This document shows positions 52,432 to 64,000 of a stretch of 64,000 nt of DNA, piece after piece. The first letter of the stretch is position 1. Each line of letters opens with the position of its first letter. This DNA is from Tubiluchus corallicola (taxonomy: Eukaryota > Animalia > Priapulida). Position numbers and translations under genes: made by a program. The notes below the pieces were generated by a model. It did not search any database and had not been told where the DNA came from. It saw nothing but the letters and a program-made list of their open reading frames with translations. The stretch is taken from positions 1 through 64,000 of the forward strand of contig JAQGDQ010000702.1 of assembly GCA_030141605.1 (NCBI GenBank). Direction: 5' to 3'.

Positions 52432-53748
52432 ATGGCAACATGTATATTGTGTAGACGCAAGTATCCTGATGCGTCAAGCAGGATCGAATTTGGCTATCTC
52501 ATTCTTTGTAACAAATGTTACAACGCTAGAATATCAGAAAGCGCAGGTGCTATTATACCCATCCAAGTTGAAAATGTCCAGGAAAGAGGCTCAGTAAGCA
52601 AGAATGCTGTATGCAGTGACACAGACGATGACAGTATAAGTCTAATTCACAACGAACTGAATTACTTTGCTCAAAATCAGTTGGAGGCAGGAGTGCCATT
52701 TGTAGATTTGGCTAAGGTTATTCACGACTTTTATTCGGAGGAAAAATGTGATGAGGCGAAAGCGGTGCTTATTGGTCTTATACCACGCGACAATACAGAC
52801 AATCCAGAATTCGTGAAGAACAGAATCGGTCCATCCAAAAAGGCAAATGTGTGCAATGACATACTGAAGCTCTTGCAATACGGCCCTATAATAAATGCTG
52901 CGCCTGCACCGAGATTTGCGGCCGCTTTCTCTCAAAACATCCCGCCAATGAGTCTGAAATCAATGGATACATCAGTATTGTTAAAACAACTTCAAATTGT
53001 GCAGCAGGACCTAGCGGTATTGAAAGATAAATTCATAACGAAGGAGGACTTAAATGAAATATTAGACGCACGTTTTGCCAGCTCTAACATTGCCATAGCA
53101 AAGCAGAAGAGCTATTCTTCAGTAGTCCAGTCAGCAGGTGTGTTATCTTCCTCTGCAAAGTCTATCCCGCATAAGCCACCTACCACAAAGACGGTCACGC
53201 TGGGTGATTCAGATAAGGATAGTGATGGCTTCACTAAAGTCGTACGTTCTAGTAAACTCCCCAGACTTCCTTTAACGAAGCCAGCATCTAAGCGGGTTAT
53301 AACTGGCACTGCAACCAATAGTGAGGTAAAATCCAGCAAGCCGTTACGACAGTTGTTCGTTACGCGACTGGATCCGGACACTAACACTGGTGACATAGAA
53401 CGGTTAATTATAGACCAATGCGACATTAAGGTGACTGTAAAACAGCTGCAGACGAAGTACAATACGTATAGTTCATTTGTGGTTAGCTGCTTCGGTAATG
53501 AAGAGAAGGACCAGATAATGAATCCGGAGATCTGGCCAGCTGGGGTGCTTGTTAAGCCATATTTCCCCCCGAAATCTGCACCTGACGGCAAAGATAAAAA
53601 CGCTACAGCTAAGACAAGCGATCAGTCACAATCCGTGGCTGAGGCTGCTCAATCTACCGATGCTGGACATACAACGCAAGCGAGCTTGACACTCCTGGCA
53701 GCAAAGTCAACGTTCCTGGGGCTCAATGAGTTCTGTTGCTTCGAGTGA
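52432..53748 (+). CDS. LINE ORF1 protein (N-terminal CxxC...CxxC, coiled coil, C-terminal RRM-like domain)
   Basis: 438 aa; CILC...CNKC; LLKQLQIVQQDLAVLK heptads; LFVTRLDPDT...TKYNTYSSFVV...PEIWPAGVLVKPYF typical of invertebrate LINE ORF1. Confidence 0.88.
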   Translation: MATCILCRRKYPDASSRIEFGYLILCNKCYNARISESAGAIIPIQVENVQERGSVSKNAVCSDTDDDSISLIHNELNYFAQNQLEAGVPFVDLAKVIHDFYSEEKCDEAKAVLIGLIPRDNTDNPEFVKNRIGPSKKANVCNDILKLLQYGPIINAAPAPRFAAAFSQNIPPMSLKSMDTSVLLKQLQIVQQDLAVLKDKFITKEDLNEILDARFASSNIAIAKQKSYSSVVQSAGVLSSSAKSIPHKPPTTKTVTLGDSDKDSDGFTKVVRSSKLPRLPLTKPASKRVITGTATNSEVKSSKPLRQLFVTRLDPDTNTGDIERLIIDQCDIKVTVKQLQTKYNTYSSFVVSCFGNEEKDQIMNPEIWPAGVLVKPYFPPKSAPDGKDKNATAKTSDQSQSVAEAAQSTDAGHTTQASLTLLAAKSTFLGLNEFCCFE

Positions 53749-56639
53749 TGGAAAATCTTGACATGGATAGCGACAATGTGTTAAAAACTCTAAAAATTGT
53801 AAGTTACAATTGTAACTCAATTACTAATTCCGAGTCAAAGTTTGTCATAAGTGAACTATGTAATGAGTTTGATATAATTCTGCTCCAAGAAACTATGTTG
53901 CCTAAGCAGGACTTAGGTCACTTGTCTAAAATACATCCATCTTTTTATGGGAGAGGTGTATCACCCACTGATTTGTCTAAAGGGTTGCTTGATGGTAGAC
54001 CCCATGGAGGTCTAGCTGTTCTCTGGCGAAAATCACTGCCGGGTGAACATAATGTTCTGATATACGAAAGCGAATATAGAATAATGGGGTTTTCTATGAG
54101 ACTGCCTGGAAAACTTATGCCTCTTGTTTTTTATAACGTGTACTTTCCATGTGAATCTGATGGCAATTTAGATGATTTTAGACTTTGTCTTGGTAAACTT
54201 AATGCATATATTGAAGAAACTACGTCAAGCTATGTTTGCTGTATCGGAGACTATAATGCTCATCCAGCAAAGGCCTTTTTTCGTGAATTAGCTGATAATT
54301 GTTCGGCTAATAATTACTTTATTTCGGATGTTAACCAACTACCCTCAACAACCTTTACCTATGTTAGTGCAGCTCACAACACATGTACGTGGTTGGACCA
54401 CATTATATGCACCGAAGCAGCAAACAAGTTGATTAATATGATTAATATAAATTATGATCTGACTGTACGTGATCACATGCCATTAATTGCAGTTTTCGAT
54501 GTAGACAGCTTGGTTTCTGGCTGGTCAGACAGCCCTGTAAATACCAATTGTGCACTAGGCCTAAACGCTTCAAACCAAAATTATGTTGCAAAACATGCCC
54601 CGGATTGGAGTAATGCAACCAATGTTCAACTGGGTAATTATTATTCTATGACACATGCGGCTCTACTTGATGTATTAGTACCATACTCTACAGTCCTGTG
54701 CTCTGATATTCATTGTAGCAGTGATGCACACAGGCAAGAAATAACCAGTTTTCATGATGCAATAATTAACACTCTTAGTACAGCAGCTTCACAAGCTTTT
54801 CCCATTAATGAAAGAAAGAGAAACTCTTGGAACTCTGTACCAGGGTGGAATGAATTTGTTGCCGAAAAACACAATTATTCACGACAATGCTTTGTCAATT
54901 GGCGTATGCTAGGTAAACCTCGCAGCGGTCCTATTGCAGAAGAAATGCGTCGAGCTCGTGCTCAATTTAAATATGCCCTACGCGATTGTAAAAAACATCA
55001 GCAAAGCATTGTATCAGACAAAATTGCCTACCGTCTTATGCATTGCAACTCCTATCAGTTTTGGAAAACAATAAAGAAAGAAACAAATTCTAAACTTCCT
55101 CTTCCCTCTAGCGTTAATAACGTAACAGGGGAAAATAACATTTGTAATATGTGGGCGGAGCACTATCGCGTTCTTTTTAATTCGGTTGATAATGGAAATT
55201 TGGAGGAGCAGCTGCACCGGGCCCGTGCAGAAGATATGCATATTATACCCAAGTTTACTGTTAGAGAGGTGCAAGATGCAATCGGCACACTAACTTTGCA
55301 TAAATCTGCAGGTCCTGATGGTATACAGGCCGAACATTTTAAGTATTCTTCTTCAATGTTACCGGTTCTTTTATCCTTGTTGTTTAGCTCCTGTTTGATT
55401 CACGGCTTTCTTCCTGAATCGCTAATGATGTCTGTATTAATTCCTCTAGTAAAGGATAAAAATAAAGATATTACGGATGCAAATAACTATAGGCCAATTG
55501 CACTAGCTTCTATTGCCAGCAAAATATTCGAAATTTTATTACTTAACAGATACAAACAGTATATTCCAACAACTCCTAATCAGTTTGGCTATGTAGAAAA
55601 ACTTGGCACTGAAATTTGCATAAACACATTAAAGGAGATCATTGACTACTACATTAGTCGTGATAGCTCTGTTCACATTGTTTTTATCGACGCATCAAAG
55701 GCATTTGATAGGGTTAATTTCTTCAAGCTTTTTCTTAAACTCACAAAGACTTCAATCCTGAATATTGTAATCCGCTTGCTCACATTTTATTACACGCAGC
55801 AAGGCATGTCTGTCAGGTGGGGACATAGTCAGTCTACAACTTTTATTATTGGAAATGGAGTACGCCAAGGTGGCAAGATGTCACCTTTTCTTTTTAATTT
55901 TTATTTTAAAGATCTAAGTGTTAAGCTTTCATCCACCCAACTTGGTTGCAATGTGTCGAACATGGTTATGAACCACCTGATGTACGCTGACGATGTTTGT
56001 TTGTTAGCAACAACGATTACGGCCCTACAGCAACTACTAGACGTGTATAAATTGTATGCTGAACAGTATGACATAAAAATCAATGTAGCTAAAACTAAAC
56101 TTATGTCTGTTAATTCAAGCATCATGAGAGATTTTATGTTTGGTAACATCAAACTAGATAATAATGTTTTACGTACCTGTGATAATGAAAAATATTTGGG
56201 ACATATTATTTCAAATGATAACCGAGATGACCTTGACATTATTAATCAAAGATCCCTATACTATTGTCGTACAAACCAACTTATTAGAAAATTCAGCTAT
56301 TGTTCTGTTGATGTTAAAAGATATCTATTTAATGCTTACTGTAATACATTCTATTGCATGTCTACTTGGAGACATTTTAATAATGGTAATATCTTAAAAC
56401 TTAAAATTGCGCACAATGTGTCAAAAAGATTATTTTTCGGATATGCATATGATTACAGTGCTCGTGAGATGAGTGTTGAAATTCACGTGATGTATTTTGA
56501 TGTATTACGTAGAAAATCTGTGTTAAGTTTAATGAAAAGATTTGATACTAGTGATAATTTAATGTGCCAGAAAATTTTAGTAAGCGATGCCAAATTTACA
56601 TCGTACATAAGACAGCAATGGTGGAGACTATTATTGTAA
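53748..56639 (+). CDS. LINE ORF2: apurinic endonuclease plus reverse transcriptase
   Basis: APE motifs SYNCN, LLQET, GDYNAH, LDH, DHMP; RT motifs KSAGPDGI, NYRPIAL, NQFGY, FIDASKAFDRV, GVRQGG.MSP, YADD, KYLG; first ATG at 53748. Confidence 0.97.
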   Translation: MENLDMDSDNVLKTLKIVSYNCNSITNSESKFVISELCNEFDIILLQETMLPKQDLGHLSKIHPSFYGRGVSPTDLSKGLLDGRPHGGLAVLWRKSLPGEHNVLIYESEYRIMGFSMRLPGKLMPLVFYNVYFPCESDGNLDDFRLCLGKLNAYIEETTSSYVCCIGDYNAHPAKAFFRELADNCSANNYFISDVNQLPSTTFTYVSAAHNTCTWLDHIICTEAANKLINMININYDLTVRDHMPLIAVFDVDSLVSGWSDSPVNTNCALGLNASNQNYVAKHAPDWSNATNVQLGNYYSMTHAALLDVLVPYSTVLCSDIHCSSDAHRQEITSFHDAIINTLSTAASQAFPINERKRNSWNSVPGWNEFVAEKHNYSRQCFVNWRMLGKPRSGPIAEEMRRARAQFKYALRDCKKHQQSIVSDKIAYRLMHCNSYQFWKTIKKETNSKLPLPSSVNNVTGENNICNMWAEHYRVLFNSVDNGNLEEQLHRARAEDMHIIPKFTVREVQDAIGTLTLHKSAGPDGIQAEHFKYSSSMLPVLLSLLFSSCLIHGFLPESLMMSVLIPLVKDKNKDITDANNYRPIALASIASKIFEILLLNRYKQYIPTTPNQFGYVEKLGTEICINTLKEIIDYYISRDSSVHIVFIDASKAFDRVNFFKLFLKLTKTSILNIVIRLLTFYYTQQGMSVRWGHSQSTTFIIGNGVRQGGKMSPFLFNFYFKDLSVKLSSTQLGCNVSNMVMNHLMYADDVCLLATTITALQQLLDVYKLYAEQYDIKINVAKTKLMSVNSSIMRDFMFGNIKLDNNVLRTCDNEKYLGHIISNDNRDDLDIINQRSLYYCRTNQLIRKFSYCSVDVKRYLFNAYCNTFYCMSTWRHFNNGNILKLKIAHNVSKRLFFGYAYDYSAREMSVEIHVMYFDVLRRKSVLSLMKRFDTSDNLMCQKILVSDAKFTSYIRQQWWRLLL

Positions 56640-56821
56640 TTTTCATGTTTAACTAAGTTTGTGTGTGATTTGTTTGTAGTGGTTTTTTGTTTTTATGATG
56701 TTGTATGTTGTATATATGTAATTTATATTATGAACTTATGTTTGAAATAAAGAATTAAATCAAAATTAAATCAAATCTCTCTCTCTTTCTTCCTCCCTCT
56801 CTTTCTTTTGTCTGACCCTCT

Positions 56822-56895
<74 letters not shown>

Positions 56896-57245
56896 CCTCT
56901 CTCCAGCATCTTCCTCACTGTCTCTCTCTTTCTCTGCCCCTAGCAAAAAGCACAAGCTTGCTTCCACTATTCATACGGTATATTAGCAATATTCACATGG
57001 GACGGTAATTAATTTCTCTTCTTTTCAATCTACCATAGTTATTATCAGTCAGTTATCGGCACGTTCTTTCATTTTGCAGATTTGCTGTTGTTATTTGTTG
57101 TCTCTATTCATTGTCAAGACCTGCAGCTGCATCGATGATAAAGTTAATTAATATTATTAATCCCAGTTGATTAAACATACAATCAATAGCAGAAACTATC
57201 AAATCATGGCACAATGCTACATGTATTGTATCTGCGTTCAAGATC

Positions 57246-57584
<339 letters not shown>

Positions 57585-58117
57585 AGGGCATATCTTCATT
57601 AGCACGAATGACTGTGTATTAATTGCTTTGTAATTAAACTTCTTTCGCAGTTTGTCTATTTTGGCCACCTATCCAATCACTAGACAATCTCGACCTTGCC
57701 TAACTTTCAGCAATATTAAATTAAGCAGATCCCAAGATGCACTGCGCGTTAATTTAATGAGCCAGTACGGTGCTTTGGTTTACGCTAATTTGCATCCGGG
57801 AAATTCGTATATTTTTAATTAGCTGTCAATTAGTCTAGGATAACTGCAGGTTTTTCCAACAATTAAATTTCTTAGCTAGCCTAGAATGTCAGGAGGTTGC
57901 GCACGCAAGCAGAAACAGCAAAATGAACAACAGAGTAGGCTAGTTTACAAAGTGTTACAGAATTTCGTAGCTAAAAACATTCAGATTTCCATTCAGCTTG
58001 GCGCATTTATCTTCACGGTTTCGTGACGGACTATTTTAACCGTTTCGCACCGTTTGACATACCACAAAATTGAAAGGAAAGCCAAACCCTCTTTGTATTT
58101 AGTTTTATTTCAATATA

Positions 58118-58474
<357 letters not shown>

Positions 58475-59231
58475 GGTGAGAGAATGAAAAATGTTGAAAA
58501 AATGTGGTAATAAAAGCTGTTCGTGTATTTAGCAAAATCACATCGCAATGAAATCACAAAGCACCCATTTTTCCAACAATGACGTCATTCATCGCACAGT
58601 CAATTTCCTTCCGTCAAAAATATAATAAGTTTTTACATAAAAAGTGGCTAATTTTTTGGTGATTTTGCGTAAGCATTAGATAAGCTGCAGACGTTTGAAT
58701 TAATATAATCAGCGCGCGCTTACAGAAAGCCACGATGCAGTTACGAAAAGTCACGAACTACATTGCTTACGTCATTGAAAATTTCTATACACCGGTGGTA
58801 AAAAAACTTTATGCTTTGCAGACAGTTTTTTTGTTAGATTTTTTTTTTAAGTTTAAAGGACAACAGTAAAACAAATTCGACATGCTAAGTGGCTTTTCGT
58901 TAGATACAAATTTCAAATTTACCGTTTTGCTTATGCATGAGCAGTCGAACGTGTGCAGTTCGTCACAAACCAACACATCTGAACCGAAAGGTACATCACC
59001 TGTTTTTTGTGCAATGCGTTCCCGAAATGCAGGCGCTCATTCCCGTCTAACTAATGAATAGTGAAATGCATGTAACAGCGAAGAACTAGTGGCTCGAACG
59101 TGAAATTGTGTTTGTGTGATAATAATTCTTTCACGTAAGTCATTTTAAAAAAAATAGTATGTTTCGTTCAATATTTTAAAGAGCAAATTGTTTTGACCAG
59201 CAGTTCAACATTGGGTCCGGTTTTGCTTTAA

Positions 59232-59847
59232 CCCTTATAGGGTCCCGGGAGGTAGAAAATTACCCCCAGACCGGTTTTTTGCATTTTACCCTTTTACCAT
59301 ACTCATCCCAGTAAAATTTTTCTATGACTTTTTCTAAATATGTTTTGTGCACAAAATACTTTCAGTTATTTATTTTAGGCGCATTGTCTCACCACGAAAT
59401 AAAAGTGAAAATGCAATATGTCGATTTTTTTAAAATTGTCGAAACTTTACTTCGCTTGTCTATACATTATACGGGCGATGTATCTGATAAAACAAAATGT
59501 CAGTTACTCAAATTACTCCACCTAAAAGAAGAAAGTAGTAGACAATAAATTCAAAATAACAATGATTTTTGCACACGCGCTAGCAATGTCGGTTGTCTAC
59601 AGTTATTCCAGCATAGATAAGGGAACGTAACTAAGTGAATTTAAATTTCGTGTTACTAGTAAGTCACATGTCTTTAAGCAGAGGTATAATGTATCCTATG
59701 GTGGTCAGCATAACCACAAATTATGCTGTTGCTGTTTACTAATGAAACACGGCGGTTTATCAAAAGTAATTTACGAATTATGGTGAGGGTAATTTTTTAG
59801 GACCGGGGTACCAGAAACGGTTGTAAGAAATCGTGACCCTATAAGGG
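59232..59847. mobile_element. Second piggyBac-type MITE family
   Basis: TTAA|CCCTTATAGGGTC...GACCCTATAAGGG|TTAA: 13-bp perfect TIR with TTAA TSD. Confidence 0.85.
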
Positions 59848-60430
59848 TTAAAATGGCAGATCAGTAAATTTTTAAACGTGTTTAAACAATAGCAAGATAA
59901 ACTGGTATTAGCCATAAACTAAATAGTTTAAAACGCCTTGTGTTGATAGAAAACAATGTTTTAATAAATAACGTGACTGTCTTAAGAACCACTAAGACGC
60001 TGACCACTGAGAGATCGTTCAAGATCAACATCAGTGGCTCAGAACAATTCAGAACGTTTAGTTGATTTGATACTAAAAAGTCTACACTGTGCGTTAAAGG
60101 AAAACAGGACGATTTTTCGTATACTACCCAATTTTGAAGTCCGATAAAAGTATACATTTTAACACAATTAATACTGTAAAAGCATTTCGGATAATTAAAT
60201 AATAGATGAAAAACTTAATTAACAGTGGGCGAGCCCAACTATTAATGGCGTCACAAACTAACATAATTTTCAACAGCAAAAATATTCCACAAGCATGTTG
60301 TACTTGTTTGCGAAAGCGACAATTGAAGTATAGTGCCACTGGAAGGTATTCAGATAAAAATTCAATTTTACAGCTGTGCTCAAGAGTGAGCTGTCGAACG
60401 TGCGAAGATACAGCACCTGTTTTTTGTGCA

Positions 60431-60497
60431 ATGATGATGATCATGATGATGATGATGATGACGACGACGACGACGACGACGACGATTATGACGATGA

Positions 60498-60531
<34 letters not shown>

Positions 60532-60645
60532 GGTGGTGGTGGTGGTGGTGGTGGTGGTGGTGGTGGTGGTGGTGGTTGTAATGGTGATGGTGGTGGTTTT
60601 GGTGGTGCTGTTGGTGTTGGTGGTGGTGGTGGTGCTGGAGGTAGT
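60431..60645. repeat. (GAT)n/(GAC)n/(GGT)n microsatellite
   Basis: Direct reading. Confidence 0.95.
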
Positions 60646-61809
60646 GATGTTTTCTATTATCACTAGACCTGGTACAACTAACACTGAGGTACTGAAATAA
60701 AAAAGGTATACAATTCGATACACATTCATCACGGGAAAGGACCAAATGTGGTTGGTTGTAGCAGGACTGAAACCTGGCTGAAAATCAATCTGAAATGAGT
60801 CACTAAACCAGCAGGGGTATCATACGGGTCTAAACAGCCTCAATCAGCGTGATGAATGAAACTGCCCAAAGTGAGAAAAAGCCCACATTCACCATCCATC
60901 CATCCACCGACCAGCTTCAGTATTACTTACCTTCAGTCGCTAAACTCACGCCCTGACCACCATGACTATTAACCTATTATGACCATTAACCTGGCCCTTA
61001 CTTACTTCTTAACCTTATTAAGATTTCCTACGACTGCAAGATATTTCTCTACGACGATGATTTAAAGGAAAGGTATACGCTATTTTACCTTCCCTTCGTT
61101 CCTTAATTTCATTTATTTCTGATGGCAATCTTAGTAATGCTTTTTTGCTTGCTCGCAAGATGGCGTGAAAATTTGCCCCGCTTGAATAAATAACATTGAT
61201 TTGACAAACGCGGAGTGGCACAGATCATGGGACTACTTCTTTTCAGTTGCCAAGCATGCCCCTCAGCGTTTTGTTATTCGATAGTTTCTGCAAGAGATAG
61301 AATGATGACTTTACGCTTGGTTTGATACCGAAGGTCGAAATGTGGCTTTGTTTATTGACAGAAAATTGCTTATTGCACATTTGAACAAATGTCGTCGCAA
61401 TAGACACGCGGTAAGTACGCACGCATACATACGCTGCGTGCGTCGCACGCACTTTGGTCACAGTTATGTTATACTGAAGCTTGGCCACTGCACCTGCATA
61501 ATTTATATTCGTGTTTGCTTCATCTATACTTAAAGGGCAAGCAAAGGGAATTTTAGAGTGTATTCTGAGAACCTTTCCAAACAAGTTGTGCTACTCGGCA
61601 CAATATTTGCCTGCCTGATTTGAAATGTAATTGAATTGAAACTGTTGTGTAATTGAGAAAGATAATTCTTGAAATGTTCGCGCCAACTTGTGAAACGTTA
61701 TTGTATCAGCGTCCCAGTGTGCACCACTGATTCACCAGAAAAACACAATATTGATCTTACTGACAAGACAAAGTAATTAGTTAGCGAACACTGTGATACG
61801 AATTTTTTG

Positions 61810-63115
<1,306 letters not shown>

Positions 63116-63669
63116 AATTTATTTGTCTCTGAATGTTACAAAATAAACATAAACAAATGGTAAAAACTAAAATAAAGGCGGAAAAGAGACGGGGTGGCGA
63201 AAAGACCAAGGGTCAGCAAGTCAACCACCCCTATCCAAACTGAAGAAAATTAAGTGACCTGTCAAGTAAGGTATGTACAAATGAAAGAAATCAGCAACAT
63301 AACAAAACAAAAAAATGAGACAACAAGTTCAAACGAGTTTAAATTTAAAAACAGCAAATAAATTTGGCAATGAGAAGAGGCAAAATTTAAATTATAAAAC
63401 AAAACGGAAAATTTAAACTCATAAAAACAAAACTAATAATTACATATAAATCAAGAACTCAAACCAACAGAAGAAGTAAAAAATGAAGCAATGTCAAGTC
63501 GTGAGTAAATCATCACCGGGTCAAGTACCTCTATCCAAATTTAAGGAAAGTATATAAACCTGACAAGCACAGACAAGGGACCGAACTGTATTAAAAAATG
63601 TCCCTCATCATCATCATCTCCCAAAACCCAGCTTCCTGACAAAAGAATGTTTTCGTCTAACTCGTGTTT

Positions 63670-64000
63670 CATGCCCATTGTATCAACAAACTAGGGTTGT
63701 TATATTTGATAAATTAAATGAAATACTTCTGCCTGAAAACCTTAATATAGCTGACTCAGGAACTAATGATCTGTTGAAGTTGTTATTATTCGGAAAAGAT
63801 GAATTTAACTATGTTGCTAACTGTAAAATATTCCAATGCATATATGACGTTATATTACGTAGTAAACGCTTCCAGTAGTTTCTATCTGATATAAAATGCA
63901 TCAGTCTTAAATATTTGTACATTAATGTTTTCTAACCGACATTTTCTACTAACGTCTAATGTAATCTTGTAGTAAAACTTGTCAGCTTGTGTAGCTATAG
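63670..64000 (+). mobile_element. LINE 3' fragment (CR1-group-like ORF2 C-terminus plus 3' UTR), runs off window end
   Basis: CPLYQQTR...LLLFGKDEFNYVANCKIFQCIYDVILRSKRFQ*; homologous inverted copy at 23218-24513. Confidence 0.8.

Larger units (their letters stand above)
52149..56775 (+). mobile_element. Apparently full-length APE-type non-LTR retrotransposon (two intact ORFs; RTEX-like by motif, clade not certain)
   Basis: ORF1 + ORF2 uninterrupted; 3' UTR with AATAAA at 56746-56751 and short AATTAAATCAA repeats; flanked on both sides by (TC)n; 5' boundary inferred from the end of the (TC)n tract. Confidence 0.9.

Noticed and set aside
53736-53747. ORF2 start at TTG 53736 as given in the ORF track
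   Set aside because: Eukaryotic element; the first in-frame ATG is 53748, overlapping the ORF1 stop

Overview
AT-rich, intron-containing, microsatellite-laden eukaryotic DNA, most likely from an invertebrate animal; the species cannot be called from the sequence. Left half (minus strand): four paralogous coding exons (6168-8006, 10590-12296, 14692-15132, 20098-20583) share a ~100-aa Tyr/Gly/Asn-rich, Cys-free domain with the invariant motif AYQPRGYVKSFNTGF, each followed by a different low-complexity tail (Pro-rich, acidic repeat, poly-Gly, Gly/His/Tyr). All four begin at a phase-0 splice acceptor and encode only the last residues of a signal peptide. I find one clean TATA/Inr promoter (~25454-25486) and one clean ATG/signal-peptide exon (22540-22593) upstream of the whole array. 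The best candidate for an undescribed system is therefore a single secreted structural-protein gene with four mutually exclusive terminal exons; four tandem genes with leader exons I failed to recognise is the alternative. Right half (plus strand): a two-exon PAN/apple + C-type lectin gene, the first six coding exons of a natriuretic-peptide-receptor-like (probable receptor guanylyl cyclase) gene, and an intact two-ORF LINE embedded in a (TC)n tract in that gene's intron. Also present: RTE-derived non-autonomous elements with TSDs, piggyBac- and hAT-type MITEs, LINE 3' fragments, and several minisatellites, one of which is built from a LINE 3' UTR. All splice sites, copy numbers and alignments were read by eye.
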